This document shows positions 48,782 to 58,712 of a stretch of DNA of 64,000 nucleotides, piece by piece. A program made the translations under genes and the position numbers. Within the stretch, counting starts at the first letter, position 1. Each line of letters opens with the position of its first letter. The stretch comes from Rhodobacterales bacterium (GTDB taxonomy: Bacteria; Pseudomonadota; Alphaproteobacteria; Rhodobacterales; Rhodobacteraceae), in assembly GCA_038251625.1 (NCBI GenBank), contig JBBSBE010000007.1, positions 992 through 64,991 on the forward strand, given 5' to 3'. The notes beneath the pieces are model-generated. The model was not told the DNA's origin and searched no databases. It worked only from the letters and a program-made list of their open reading frames with translations.

Positions 48782-49278
48782 TCGGCGGCCTGCGTGCAAG
48801 CATGAGAGCGGTAAAGTGTTGCATCCTTGAGATATGACCAGCCGAAGGCATGTGACCCCGCGCCATGCGCCTCAAGATGCGCCAACCGCGCCAGCGCCTC
48901 GTCCAGCGTGGGCCGATGCCCGGCAGGCACCCACCACATGACGAAATGCATGCGGCCGAGCACCTCGAACCATTCCGCCCGCCGTTCATAGAACTGCCGG
49001 TGAACTGTGTTCCACACGAACGCCTCCAGCGTTTCCACACTCTCCCACACTGTGAGGTTTGATACATACTGCGGATCGCCGCCAATCTTGGCTTCCGTGT
49101 TCCCGGTCCCCGGCTCGCCCGACCCTTCCATCATCCACACGAAGCCCGGCATCCGCTTGCCCAGACCGTTCACCCGGTCCAGCGCCGCCATGAACTCCGC
49201 AACGCGCGGATCGTCCGTGGGCGCCAGCAGGCGGCCCACGTTCAGTTCGGCCAGATGATACCCGTCTGCCTGCATCAT
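48778..49278 (-). CDS. DUF3291-like protein (copy 2), nuo-operon URF
   Basis: ORF 48778..49539 trimmed to MMQADGYHLAELNVGRLLAPTDDPRVAEFMAALDRVNG..PGFVWMM..FVWNTVHRQFYERRAEW..MWWVPAGHRP. It has 4-nt overlaps at both ends. Confidence 0.65.
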   Translation of the reverse strand: MMQADGYHLAELNVGRLLAPTDDPRVAEFMAALDRVNGLGKRMPGFVWMMEGSGEPGTGNTEAKIGGDPQYVSNLTVWESVETLEAFVWNTVHRQFYERRAEWFEVLGRMHFVMWWVPAGHRPTLDEALARLAHLEAHGAGSHAFGWSYLKDATLYRSHACTQAAE

Positions 49279-49688
49279 CCCCCCGACAACATCTGACCGG
49301 TCAGCGTTTTCGCCGCGATCTCTGCCCGACCTACCACGCAGTAGCTTTCTGCATCCTCCGGCTTGGCGCCCTGCTTCGCCAGATAGGCGGTGGCCAGTTC
49401 CTTGATCCGCGCCTTCTGGGTCTTGTTCTTCAGGAACGCCTTGATCTCGGGCTCGGCATACCCCTGCTTCAGGGCGTAGGATTTGAGGTTCTGCGCCTTC
49501 ACAAACGCCACCACCATCCGGGCAGAGATGGTGGGGCATGTCTTGCGGATGATGTCGCCCACCATCGCCGAAGTCAGTTGTTCGGTGATCACCTGATCTT
49601 CCTCGATCGGCACCGCAGGCGCAGCCGCCAGCGGCGTGGTCAGAAAAGCCATCAGCGGCAGGGCGGCAAGATGGGAACGTCGGATCAT
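49275..49688 (-). CDS. Hypothetical secreted protein, nuo-operon URF
   Basis: ORF 49275..49808 trimmed to ATG 49688. It has a signal peptide MIRRSHLAALPLMAFLTTPLAAAPA and a Lys-rich helical mature part. It resembles a Rhodobacteraceae-restricted DUF, but I cannot name it with certainty. Confidence 0.55.
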   Translation of the reverse strand: MIRRSHLAALPLMAFLTTPLAAAPAVPIEEDQVITEQLTSAMVGDIIRKTCPTISARMVVAFVKAQNLKSYALKQGYAEPEIKAFLKNKTQKARIKELATAYLAKQGAKPEDAESYCVVGRAEIAAKTLTGQMLSGG

Positions 49689-49804
49689 GTCGGGTCTCGC
49701 TTTCAGGGGAAAACGCGCGCCATGACTGGCACGCTTGCCCCCCACATGCGGGCGCGCCTGCCTGCTAGACAATATCAGGGCACCGAAAGGTGATGACCGC
49801 CCTT

Positions 49805-50026
49805 TCACGCACAGCCCTCCACGAACACCCAGGTGCCTGCCTCATACCGGTCATAGGCAGAGGGACGCACGCCACGGGCTCCGCACTGCGCATCCGCCAG
49901 GCGTTTCGCTTCCGCCCCCTGCCAGTATGCAAGTCCGGGCACGCGAAGCCGTTCCGATCCGCGTGTGACCACCGGCTTTGTCGCTGCGCCGCAACCCGCC
50001 AGCCCAAGCGTCAACGCCAGCACCAT
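49805..50026 (-). CDS. Small lipoprotein (73 aa), nuo-operon URF just after nuoF
   Basis: C-terminal part of track ORF 49805..50647. It reads MVLALTLGLAGCGAATKPV.. with the canonical LAGC lipobox. ATG 50026 lies 5 nt after the nuoF stop. Confidence 0.55.
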   Translation of the reverse strand: MVLALTLGLAGCGAATKPVVTRGSERLRVPGLAYWQGAEAKRLADAQCGARGVRPSAYDRYEAGTWVFVEGCA

Positions 50027-50031
50027 GACCC

Positions 50032-51327
50032 TCACTCCGCCGCCATCGCGCCCATCCGGCCCGTCTTTTTCGCCTTGATCCGGTCCTCGATTTCCTCGCG
50101 GAACGCGCGCACCAGCCCCTGAATGGGCCAGGCCGCCGCATCGCCAAGCGCGCAGATCGTGTGCCCCTCGACCTGCTTCGTGACGCTCAGCAGCATGTCG
50201 ATCTCTTCGACCTCGGCATCGCCCTTCACCAGCCTGTCCATCACCCGCATCATCCAGCCCGTCCCCTCGCGGCAGGGCGTGCACTGGCCGCAGCTTTCGT
50301 GCTTGTAGAACTTGGAAAGCCGCCAGATCGCCTTGATCACATCCGTCGACTGATCCATCACGATCACCGCCGCCGTCCCGAGGCCAGACCGCTGCTCGCG
50401 CAGCCAGTCGAAATCCATGATTGCCTCGTCCGATTGTGCCTGCGTGAGCAAGGGCACCGACGAGCCTCCGGGGATCACAGCCTTGAGGTTCTTCCACCCG
50501 CCCCGCACGCCGCCACAATGCCGGTCGATCAGTTCGCGCAGCGGGATCGACATCGCCTCTTCCACCACGCACGGCGCGTTGACATGGCCCGAGATGCCGA
50601 AAATCTTGGTGCCCGCGTTGTTTGGCCGCCCGAAACCCGCAAACCACTCCGCCCCGCGCCGCAGGATCGTAGGCACCACCGCAATCGATTCCACATTGTT
50701 CACCGTGGTCGGGCAGCCGTAAAGCCCCGATCCGGCGGGGAAAGGCGGCTTCATCCGGGGCATCCCCTTCTTGCCCTCAAGGCTTTCCAGAAGTGCCGTC
50801 TCCTCGCCACAGATATAGGCGCCCGCCCCGTGGTGCAGGTAGCAGTCGAAATCCCAGCCCGACCCGGCGGCATTCTTGCCCAGAAGCCCCGCGTCATAGC
50901 ATTCGTCCAGCGCCGTCTGCAGCGCCTCGCGCTCTCGGATGTATTCGCCGCGAATATAGATGTAGCAGGCATGCGCCCCCATCGCGAAAGCCGCGATCAG
51001 GCACCCTTCGATCAAGGTATGCGGATCATGCCGCATGATCTCGCGGTCCTTGCAGGTGCCGGGTTCGGACTCGTCGGCGTTGACCACCAGATAGCAGGGC
51101 CGCCCGTCGCTTTGCTTGGGCATGAAAGACCATTTGAGGCCGGTGGGAAACCCCGCCCCGCCCCGGCCCCGCAATCCACTCGCCTTCACGATATCCACGA
51201 TCTTGTCACGGCCAAGCGCGATAAGCCCCGCCGTGCCGTCCCATTGCCCGCGCTTTTTCGCGCCGGCAAGGCTGCGGTCATGCATCCCGTAGAGGTTGGT
51301 GAAAATGCGGTCCTGATCCTTGAGCAT
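50032..51327 (-). CDS. nuoF: NADH-quinone oxidoreductase subunit F (FMN/NADH-binding, 51 kDa)
   Basis: 431-aa ORF with [33 protein letters not shown] and [12 protein letters not shown] motifs. Confidence 0.95.
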   Translation of the reverse strand: MLKDQDRIFTNLYGMHDRSLAGAKKRGQWDGTAGLIALGRDKIVDIVKASGLRGRGGAGFPTGLKWSFMPKQSDGRPCYLVVNADESEPGTCKDREIMRHDPHTLIEGCLIAAFAMGAHACYIYIRGEYIREREALQTALDECYDAGLLGKNAAGSGWDFDCYLHHGAGAYICGEETALLESLEGKKGMPRMKPPFPAGSGLYGCPTTVNNVESIAVVPTILRRGAEWFAGFGRPNNAGTKIFGISGHVNAPCVVEEAMSIPLRELIDRHCGGVRGGWKNLKAVIPGGSSVPLLTQAQSDEAIMDFDWLREQRSGLGTAAVIVMDQSTDVIKAIWRLSKFYKHESCGQCTPCREGTGWMMRVMDRLVKGDAEVEEIDMLLSVTKQVEGHTICALGDAAAWPIQGLVRAFREEIEDRIKAKKTGRMGAMAAE

Positions 51328-51336
51328 GTCCTGTCC

Positions 51337-51552
51337 TTACCTTTGGCGTTGCCGCCAGAGCCTCCACGTCACCACCATCGTCCACACGAACGCGGCCAGC
51401 GCCATCAGATCGAAAAGGAACGCGTAGCGCGGGTCCCATCCCATCTGGCCGCCCAACCATTGCGCCCCCATCCACAGGATCATCGCACCGCCCAGCACGA
51501 ACGCGGCAAGCCGCGCCTGTGCCACGCGGGCGCGATCCCGGTCGTCATTCAT
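51337..51552 (-). CDS. Small two-TM membrane protein (71 aa), nuo-operon URF
   Basis: ORF 51337..51594 trimmed to ATG 51552 (MNDDRDRARVAQARLAAFVLGGAMILWMGAQW..LMALAAFVWTMVVTWRLW). It has ATGA overlap with the upstream URF. Confidence 0.5.
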   Translation of the reverse strand: MNDDRDRARVAQARLAAFVLGGAMILWMGAQWLGGQMGWDPRYAFLFDLMALAAFVWTMVVTWRLWRQRQR

Positions 51553-51794
51553 ACCGTGCCGCCCGCCGCCAGCGTCCTGGCCTGCGCCACCCATTCGTCG
51601 CGGCTGACCCGGCCCTTGAAGCCTTCAAGGTTGTCATCGACCCAGGCAATTTCTGCCGGTGTCCAGGCTGCGATCTGGTCATAGTGAAAATAGCCGAGCG
51701 TGTGACACAGCTCTTCCAGCTTCGGCCCGATCCCCTTGATCACCTTCAGGTCATCTGCCTTGCCCCCCCGCGCAGCCGTCAATCCCTGTGGCTT
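51549..51794 (-). repeat. Copy 2 of a duplicated domain-coding segment of about 245 bp (HhH-like GIGPK motif domain)
   Basis: The DNA and protein are alignable with 52196..52438 on the same strand. Protein identity is about 75%. Confidence 0.7.
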
Positions 51795-52118
51795 GACCGC
51801 TTCCACCATGGGCGCTGCAGGCGCTTTGACAGCCGCCACCGCAGGCGCCGGTGCGGCCATGACGGGCGCTGCCACGGGCGCGGCCACTTGCGCGGCCATA
51901 TGCGGCACAGCCGGAAGAGGGCGCGCAGGCGTTGCCGGAAGCCCGATAATGACCCCGACAGCCAAGAACAGGACACCGGCCACGGCCAGCGCCCCCATCC
52001 CGCTCAGGCCGATCACGGTGAAAGACACGCCGAACGCGACCAGACCCATCGCCGCCGCAATCGCCCAGCCCTCGATATCGGGGCCGTTCTGCACAGGAAC
52101 TTTTCTCATCGCTGCCAA
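51549..52118 (-). CDS. Membrane-anchored protein whose C-terminal 81 aa duplicate the NuoE C-terminal extension domain
   Basis: 189-aa ORF with N-terminal TM segments (WAIAAAMGLVAFGVSFTVIGLSGMGALAVAGVLFLAVGVIIGL) and an Ala/Pro linker. The C-terminal [50 protein letters not shown] is 61/81 identical to NuoE residues by my alignment. Confidence 0.7.
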   Translation of the reverse strand: MAAMRKVPVQNGPDIEGWAIAAAMGLVAFGVSFTVIGLSGMGALAVAGVLFLAVGVIIGLPATPARPLPAVPHMAAQVAAPVAAPVMAAPAPAVAAVKAPAAPMVEAVKPQGLTAARGGKADDLKVIKGIGPKLEELCHTLGYFHYDQIAAWTPAEIAWVDDNLEGFKGRVSRDEWVAQARTLAAGGTV

Positions 52119-52153
52119 CTCCCTTCACAGCCCGCTTCCGGGCTCGGTTTCCC

Positions 52154-53281
52154 TCAGTCGTAAACGCCGCCCTTGCCGACTTTCTGCGAGAAAGCCGTCT
52201 CTCCTCCCGCGGCCAGGATCTTTGCTTGCGCCACCCAATCGTCGCGGGTCACGCGGCCCTTGAACCCCTCCAGGTTCTCGTCCACCCAGGCTATTTCCGC
52301 CGCTGTCCACCCGGCGATCTGGTCAAAGTGAAAATACCCCATGCTGTGCAACAGGGCCTCGAGCTTCCGCCCCACACCCTTGATTTCCTTCAGGTTGTCC
52401 GCCTTGCCACCCCGTGCCGCATCAAGCCCTGCTGGCTTTGCACCCTCGGTTGCGGGCTTGGCCTTGGCAATGGCAGGCGCTTCCTGCACCGTCACACCCG
52501 TGGCATCGGCGGGTCGTCCCTTCCCCGGCTTCGGCTCGGTGGCCTTGCCTTTGGCGGGCTTTGTCGGCGCCGTCTTGCCCAGCCACGGCGTCAAGAGCGG
52601 CACCTCGCTGCCGTCGATCCGCTTCACCGTGTCGTGCAAGTCCAGCGCGGCCGCAACACTTGCGTTATGCGCCATCCGCCCGGCGGCGTGATCCTTGAGG
52701 CTCGTCAGCCCCGTCACCGGCTCCGACGCGAAGCGCCCGTTCTGCGATCCGGGTGTCGGCACTTCGCCCGCGCCAAACCGCGCAATCAGATCGCGCAACT
52801 TTGCAGGTGTCAGATCCTCGTAGTAATCCTTGCCGATCTGCGCCATCGGCGCATTGGCGCAGGCGCCAAGGCATTCCACCTCTTCCCAACTGAACCTGCC
52901 ATCCGCCGACGGCACATGCGCCTTGGGCCCGATCAGCTCCTTGCACACCGCCACCAGATCCTCGGCCCCGCAGATCATGCAGGACGTGGTGCCGCAAATC
53001 TGGATATGTGCCACCGTGCCAACGGGTTGCAGGTGAAACATGAAGTAGAAAGTCGCAACCTCCAGCCCGCGAATATAGGCAAGCCCCAGCATCCCGGATA
53101 CATATTCGATCGCCGGACGGCTCAGCCATCCCTCCTGCTCCTGCGCACGCCACAAAAGGGGGATGATCGCCGATGCCTGACGACCCTCAGGGTATTTTGA
53201 GATCTGGCCTTTGGCCCAGGCAAGGTTTGCCTCGGTGAAAGCGAAACTAGCGGGCTGTTGGGGGTGCAGGCGGCGCAGCAT
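52154..53281 (-). CDS. nuoE: NADH-quinone oxidoreductase subunit E (24 kDa, 2Fe-2S) with long C-terminal extension
   Basis: ORF 52154..53683 trimmed to ATG 53281 ([44 protein letters not shown]..). It has Cys ligands ..[21 protein letters not shown]. The core of about 200 aa is followed by a Lys/Pro/Ala linker and the extra domain. Confidence 0.9.
   Translation of the reverse strand: MLRRLHPQQPASFAFTEANLAWAKGQISKYPEGRQASAIIPLLWRAQEQEGWLSRPAIEYVSGMLGLAYIRGLEVATFYFMFHLQPVGTVAHIQICGTTSCMICGAEDLVAVCKELIGPKAHVPSADGRFSWEEVECLGACANAPMAQIGKDYYEDLTPAKLRDLIARFGAGEVPTPGSQNGRFASEPVTGLTSLKDHAAGRMAHNASVAAALDLHDTVKRIDGSEVPLLTPWLGKTAPTKPAKGKATEPKPGKGRPADATGVTVQEAPAIAKAKPATEGAKPAGLDAARGGKADNLKEIKGVGRKLEALLHSMGYFHFDQIAGWTAAEIAWVDENLEGFKGRVTRDDWVAQAKILAAGGETAFSQKVGKGGVYD
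52196..52438 (-). repeat. Copy 1 of the duplicated domain-coding segment (3' part of nuoE)
   Basis: It encodes [81 protein letters not shown]. Confidence 0.7.
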
Positions 53282-53646
53282 CAGGGCGTTCCGTTCGTCA
53301 AGTGGGCGGTCAGGGCAAGAAGGGCGGCAGTGCCATAAAGCAGCGACGCGATCAGATGCGGGGCGACGGGCCGGCCGGCGCGCGCATAAATATACACATC
53401 CCCCAGCCCCGCGATCCCGACAACCGCCAGAAACCAGCTCAGCAATCCATAGTTGCCGAACATCAGGACGCCCAGCAAAAGGAACGCGGTCCCGATGTAG
53501 CGGTCCGACATGACCAGCGGCAGTTTCTCTGGCCAATGCGAGGCGAGGGCCATCCCCCGCTCCGGGTTCAGCGCGAACACGACGCCAAAGAACGCGGTCA
53601 GGGCCATGCAAAGCGCGGCGAGCGAAAAGGCAAGGGTCGCGATCAT
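53281..53646 (-). CDS. Hypothetical four-TM membrane protein, nuo-operon URF between nuoD and nuoE
   Basis: ORF 53281..53697; likely start [24 protein letters not shown].. (53646). Its stop overlaps the nuoE ATG by 1 nt. Confidence 0.55.
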   Translation of the reverse strand: MIATLAFSLAALCMALTAFFGVVFALNPERGMALASHWPEKLPLVMSDRYIGTAFLLLGVLMFGNYGLLSWFLAVVGIAGLGDVYIYARAGRPVAPHLIASLLYGTAALLALTAHLTNGTP

Positions 53647-53683
53647 TCGGGCCACCCCAAACGGCCAACGATAGCGGGCGCAA

Positions 53684-53950
53684 TCATTTGCACGCACCCG
53701 TCTTGAGGTGCAACTCGTCGTTCACGATCACGGCGCGACCGTCCTGCAACAGCACCGATACCGTCGCGTAGGCGCGTTTCGATGTCATGCGCGTGTCTTC
53801 CAGAACACTGGCGTCGTTCTTGTCATGGACAACGCATCCCCGTGCTTCCAGCACCTGTATCATCGTGGCGATGTCGGCATCGCTCGGCGTCACATCTGCC
53901 ATGGCGGCAGGCGCGCAGATCAGCGGGGCCAGCATCGCCGCAACCCTCAC
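53684..53950 (-). CDS. Hypothetical small secreted protein (88 aa), nuo-operon URF after nuoD
   Basis: The ORF has a signal peptide [18 protein letters not shown]. Its start overlaps the nuoD stop by 4 nt. Confidence 0.5.
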   Translation of the reverse strand: MRVAAMLAPLICAPAAMADVTPSDADIATMIQVLEARGCVVHDKNDASVLEDTRMTSKRAYATVSVLLQDGRAVIVNDELHLKTGACK

Positions 53951-55185
53951 CGGTCGATCTCCCCGAACACCACGTCCATCGTGCCGATGATCGCCGACAC
54001 GTCGGCAAGCTGGTGGCCCTTGCAGATATAATCCATCGCCTGCAGGTGCAGATAGCCCGGCGCGCGGATCTTGGCGCGATAGGGTTTGTTGCTTCCATCG
54101 GCCACCAGATACACGCCGAATTCGCCCTTCGGCGCCTCGACGGAGGCATAAATCTCACCCGCAGGCACGTGGAACCCTTCGGTGTACAGCTTGAAGTGAT
54201 GGATCAGCGCCTCCATCGAGGTTTTCATCTCGGCCCGTGGCGGGGGCGTGATCTTGCCCCGCGCCAGCACGTCGCCCGGCTCGAGCCGCAGCTTGGCCAA
54301 CGCCTGCCGAATGATCGAGGTGCTCTCCCGCATCTCCGCCATCCGGCAAAGGTAGCGATCATAGCAGTCGCCGTTCTTGCCAACGGGGATCTGGAAGGTG
54401 AACTCGTCATAGCATTCATAGGGTTGCGCCCGGCGCAAATCCCAGGCGAATCCCGATCCGCGCACCATCACGCCGGAAAAGCCCCAGTCCTGAATGTCCT
54501 GCTCGCTGACGACGCCGATATCGGCGTTGCGCTGCTTGAAGATCCGGTTTTCCGTCAGAAGCGTGTCGATATCATCCAGCAGGCGCGGGAAGGCCTCGGC
54601 CCAGGCATCAATGTCTTCGATCAGCGAAGGCGTCAGATCTTGATGCACGCCACCGGGGCGGAAGTAGGCCGCGTGAAGCCGCGCCCCGCAGGCACGCTCG
54701 TAAAAGACCATCAGCTTTTCACGCTCTTCAAACCCCCAGAGCGGCGGCGTCAGCGCGCCAACGTCCATGGCTTGCGTGGTCACGTTCAGAAGGTGGCTCA
54801 GGATGCGACCAATTTCGCAGAACAAGACCCGGATCAGACTGGCGCGGCGCGGCACCACAACGCCCGTCATGCGTTCGATGGCCAGGCACCAGGCATGCTC
54901 CTGATTCATCGGCGCCACATAGTCCAGCCGGTCGAAATAGGGCAGGTTCTGCAGGTAGGTGCGGCTTTCCATCAGCTTTTCAGTGCCACGGTGCAGCAGG
55001 CCGATATGGGGATCGCAGCGTTCCACAATCTCGCCGTCTAGCTCCAGCACCAGCCGCAGAACGCCATGCGCAGCAGGGTGTTGCGGCCCGAAGTTGATGT
55101 TGAAGTTGCGGATCGACTGCTCACCCGTCACCACATCGCGGCTGCCGTCGTCATAGGTATTGCGCCGGATATCGCCATCCATCAT
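53947..55185 (-). CDS. nuoD: NADH-quinone oxidoreductase subunit D (49 kDa)
   Basis: ORF 53947..55350 trimmed to ATG 55185 ([35 protein letters not shown]..). The C-terminus reads ..[13 protein letters not shown]. Confidence 0.95.
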   Translation of the reverse strand: MMDGDIRRNTYDDGSRDVVTGEQSIRNFNINFGPQHPAAHGVLRLVLELDGEIVERCDPHIGLLHRGTEKLMESRTYLQNLPYFDRLDYVAPMNQEHAWCLAIERMTGVVVPRRASLIRVLFCEIGRILSHLLNVTTQAMDVGALTPPLWGFEEREKLMVFYERACGARLHAAYFRPGGVHQDLTPSLIEDIDAWAEAFPRLLDDIDTLLTENRIFKQRNADIGVVSEQDIQDWGFSGVMVRGSGFAWDLRRAQPYECYDEFTFQIPVGKNGDCYDRYLCRMAEMRESTSIIRQALAKLRLEPGDVLARGKITPPPRAEMKTSMEALIHHFKLYTEGFHVPAGEIYASVEAPKGEFGVYLVADGSNKPYRAKIRAPGYLHLQAMDYICKGHQLADVSAIIGTMDVVFGEIDR

Positions 55186-55379
55186 CTTGGTCCCTTCTGG
55201 GCTGAAAGAGCAGGCCAAGGCAGCAGCGCCACCACCCAGATCAGGACCGCAGCCCCAAAGAGCGGCACCACGGTCGGGACCGCCCAAAAAAGCGAAAGTC
55301 CCGTTTTGCGCAGGATCAGGACAGAGGGCGGCGCGAACACGAAAAACCACACCACAGCGGGGATCCAGGTTTGCGTCAT
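55182..55379 (-). CDS. Hydrophobic 65-aa microprotein between nuoC and nuoD
   Basis: [58 protein letters not shown].. It has ATGA overlaps with both the nuoC stop (55376-55379) and the nuoD start (55182-55185). Confidence 0.55.
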   Translation of the reverse strand: MTQTWIPAVVWFFVFAPPSVLILRKTGLSLFWAVPTVVPLFGAAVLIWVVALLPWPALSAQKGPR

Positions 55380-55984
55380 TTCACTTCCCCCTTCTTCTCG
55401 TCTCCCGGCAGAACGTACTGCGCGCCCTCCCAGGGGCTCATGAAATCGAACTGCCGGTATTCCTGCACGAGGCTCACGGGCTCATAGACCACGCGCTTTT
55501 GCGTCTCGTCATAGCGCACTTCAGTGTAGCCTGTGGTGGGGAAATCCTTGCGCAGGGGATGCCCGCGAAAACCGTAGTCGGTCAGAATGCGCCGCAAGTC
55601 CGGGTGGCCAGAGAAGAGAATCCCGAACATGTCGAACACCTCGCGCTCGAACCAGTTTGCGGCCGGATAGATATTGGTGATCGAGGGCACCATCCCCTCT
55701 TCGTCCACTTCCGCGCGCAGACGGATGCGGTGGTTCCGGTACATCGACAGGAAATGATAGACCATGTCGAACCGCAGCGGGCGCTCGGGGTAATCGACCG
55801 CCGTGATGTCCACCAGCGTCGAAAACCGGCACGATGCGTCGGTCTTCAGAAATTCGACGAAGGAAAGCATGCTGGTCAACGGCACCGTCACCGTCAGTTC
55901 GCCGTAGGCCACTACCGTATCCAGCACGCAATCGGGGCGCCGAAGCTCCAGATGTGCCGCAAGTTCCTGCAAATGCTCGGACAT
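55376..55984 (-). CDS. nuoC: NADH-quinone oxidoreductase subunit C (30 kDa)
   Basis: 202-aa ORF with ..[37 protein letters not shown].. Confidence 0.93.
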   Translation of the reverse strand: MSEHLQELAAHLELRRPDCVLDTVVAYGELTVTVPLTSMLSFVEFLKTDASCRFSTLVDITAVDYPERPLRFDMVYHFLSMYRNHRIRLRAEVDEEGMVPSITNIYPAANWFEREVFDMFGILFSGHPDLRRILTDYGFRGHPLRKDFPTTGYTEVRYDETQKRVVYEPVSLVQEYRQFDFMSPWEGAQYVLPGDEKKGEVK

Positions 55985-55987
55985 GGG

Positions 55988-56877
<890 letters not shown>

Positions 56878-57049
56878 GCGCGGGGCTCCTTCGGCTGGCG
56901 ACAGGTGGTGCGCCGCCTCTGCCGGGCGGGCCGAACCACTGGTCACGGGTTTACTCTGCCCCCCGCGCGCGGTCAACCAAGCCCGCGCTGCAGCGCCGCA
57001 ATGCCGCGCCTCCCTTCAGCCGCTCACGCTGCGGCGCGGCGGGCCAGGG
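56878..57049 (-). promoter_or_regulatory. Intergenic region upstream of nuoA; expected to hold the nuo promoter/leader and the end of the upstream liu transcript (elements not resolved)
   Basis: This 172-nt gap is the only sizeable non-coding gap before the first nuo gene. I could not identify -35/-10 elements with confidence. Confidence 0.3.
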
Positions 57050-57829
57050 TCAGACCACCCAACCGGGCTTGCGGCGGTCAAAAAAGGCCAAGATGCCCTC
57101 GCCCGCCTCGGGGCTTTCCCAGCGGGCCACAAGGGCCGCGATGCTTGCCTCCACCATCGCCTCCGTCACCGGCGCGGAAAGGGCCGCGATCAGCGCCTTG
57201 GCCTCGGCCATGGCCCCCGGCGCGCAGGCGAGCGCCGGCGCCACCTCGGCCTCGACCGCCGCATCCAAGGCTTCGGGCGGCACCGCGCGGGCCAGAAGGC
57301 CAAGCGCGACTGCCTCTTCCGCATCAAATCCCTTGGCCGTGATGAACACGCGTCGCGCCAGCGGGCCAAGACGGGCGATCACATAAGGCCCGATCGTGGC
57401 CGGGATCAGGCCCAGCCGCGTTTCGGTCAGCCCAAAGCGCGCGCCCGTCACCCCCACCGCCACGTCGCAGACCGCCATCATTCCGATCCCGCCGCCAAAG
57501 GCCTGCCCCTGCACGCGCCCGATCAGCGGTTTCGGCAGGTCGTCGAGCGCCTTCAGCATGCCAGCAAGGCGCCGCGCCTCGGCTGCCCTTTGCGCCCCGT
57601 CCGCCGCCATCTGCGCCTGCATCCAATCAAGGTCCCCGCCCGCACAAAAGCTTTTGCCCGTCGCCGCCAGTACGACGGCCCGCACCGCCCTGTCGGCGCC
57701 AAGCGCCGCGCAGGCGGCGGTGATCTCGTCCATCATCCGGGCATTCAGCGCGTTGTGCTTGTCGGGCCGGTCCAGCGTCAGCGTGGCCACGCCCCGTGCG
57801 TCCACCGCAACATCGATCGTCCGCTCCAT
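57050..57829 (-). CDS. liuC: Enoyl-CoA hydratase/isomerase family (methylglutaconyl-CoA hydratase by context)
   Basis: ORF 57050..58192 trimmed to MERTIDVAVDARGVATLTLDRPDKHNALN..FCAGGDL.. The alternative start MADDGE at 57853 would overlap the lyase stop by 8 nt. It follows the MCCase and HMG-CoA lyase genes. Confidence 0.8.
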   Translation of the reverse strand: MERTIDVAVDARGVATLTLDRPDKHNALNARMMDEITAACAALGADRAVRAVVLAATGKSFCAGGDLDWMQAQMAADGAQRAAEARRLAGMLKALDDLPKPLIGRVQGQAFGGGIGMMAVCDVAVGVTGARFGLTETRLGLIPATIGPYVIARLGPLARRVFITAKGFDAEEAVALGLLARAVPPEALDAAVEAEVAPALACAPGAMAEAKALIAALSAPVTEAMVEASIAALVARWESPEAGEGILAFFDRRKPGWVV

Positions 57830-57845
57830 CGCCGCCTCCCCGTCG

Positions 57846-58712
57846 TCAGCCATTGCCCCGGCCGCCCCGCAAACCCGTGGCGAAGGCCGCCGCCTCCGCC
57901 AGAACGGCTGCGGCAAGCCCGGTCTCCCAACCGTCCGCTGCCAGCATTGCGGCCACCGCTTCGGTCGCCACATTGCCCGCCGCACCCGGGGCATAGGGGC
58001 AGCCCCCAAGGCCGCCCACGCTGGCATCAAAGACCCGCAACCCGTGGCCAAGGCTGACGCGGATATTCGCCAGCGCCTGCCCGCGTGTATCGTGGAAATG
58101 CCCTGCCAGCCGCGCGGGCGGCAGTTCCGCCAACACCGCCGCCAGCATGGCCGAAACCGTCTCGGGCAAGCCATGCCCGATGGTATCGCCAAGGCTCACC
58201 TCATAACACCCCATGTCACGCAGCGCAGCCACTACCTGCGCCACCGCGGCGGGCTTCACCGGACCATCAAACGGGCAATCGGTGATGCAGGAAACATACC
58301 CTCGCAATGGCATCCCATCTGCCGCAGCCGCCCGCGCCACAGGCGAAAAACGATCCAGGCTTTCCGCAATCGTGGCGTTCAGGTTCGCGCGCGAAAACCC
58401 TTCGGAGGCCGAGGCAAAGATGGCCACTTCGTCCACCTGCGCGGCCCTTGCCGCCTCGTACCCCTTCAGGTTTGGCGTCAGCGCCGCGTATCGCACGCCG
58501 GGCGCACGCACGATCCCTGCCATCACCGTGGCCCCATCTGCCATCTGCGGCACCCATTTCGGGCTGACGAAACTCGCCGCCTCGATCCGCCGGAACCCGG
58601 CACGGCTCAGCATGTCGATCAGCGCGATCTTGTCCGGTGCCGGGATCATCCGCGCCTCGTTCTGCAACCCGTCCCGGGGGCCGACCTCGACGATCTCGAC
58701 GAACCCGCTCAT
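57846..58712 (-). CDS. liuE: Hydroxymethylglutaryl-CoA lyase
   Basis: 288-aa ORF with VEIVEVGPRDGLQNE, ..SFVSPKWVPQM.. and ..GHFHDTRGQALANI.. motifs. Confidence 0.9.
   Translation of the reverse strand: MSGFVEIVEVGPRDGLQNEARMIPAPDKIALIDMLSRAGFRRIEAASFVSPKWVPQMADGATVMAGIVRAPGVRYAALTPNLKGYEAARAAQVDEVAIFASASEGFSRANLNATIAESLDRFSPVARAAAADGMPLRGYVSCITDCPFDGPVKPAAVAQVVAALRDMGCYEVSLGDTIGHGLPETVSAMLAAVLAELPPARLAGHFHDTRGQALANIRVSLGHGLRVFDASVGGLGGCPYAPGAAGNVATEAVAAMLAADGWETGLAAAVLAEAAAFATGLRGGRGNG

Noticed and set aside
53282-53683. N-terminal extension of the nuoE track ORF (509 aa); likewise the nuoD (467 aa), nuoM and nuoK extensions
   Set aside because: The extensions overlap better-supported upstream URFs or subunits in other frames and lack Nuo-like sequence. 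The internal Met residues give the canonical N-termini (MLRRLHPQQ.., [13 protein letters not shown].., MENLLSI.., MQTVGLEHY..).
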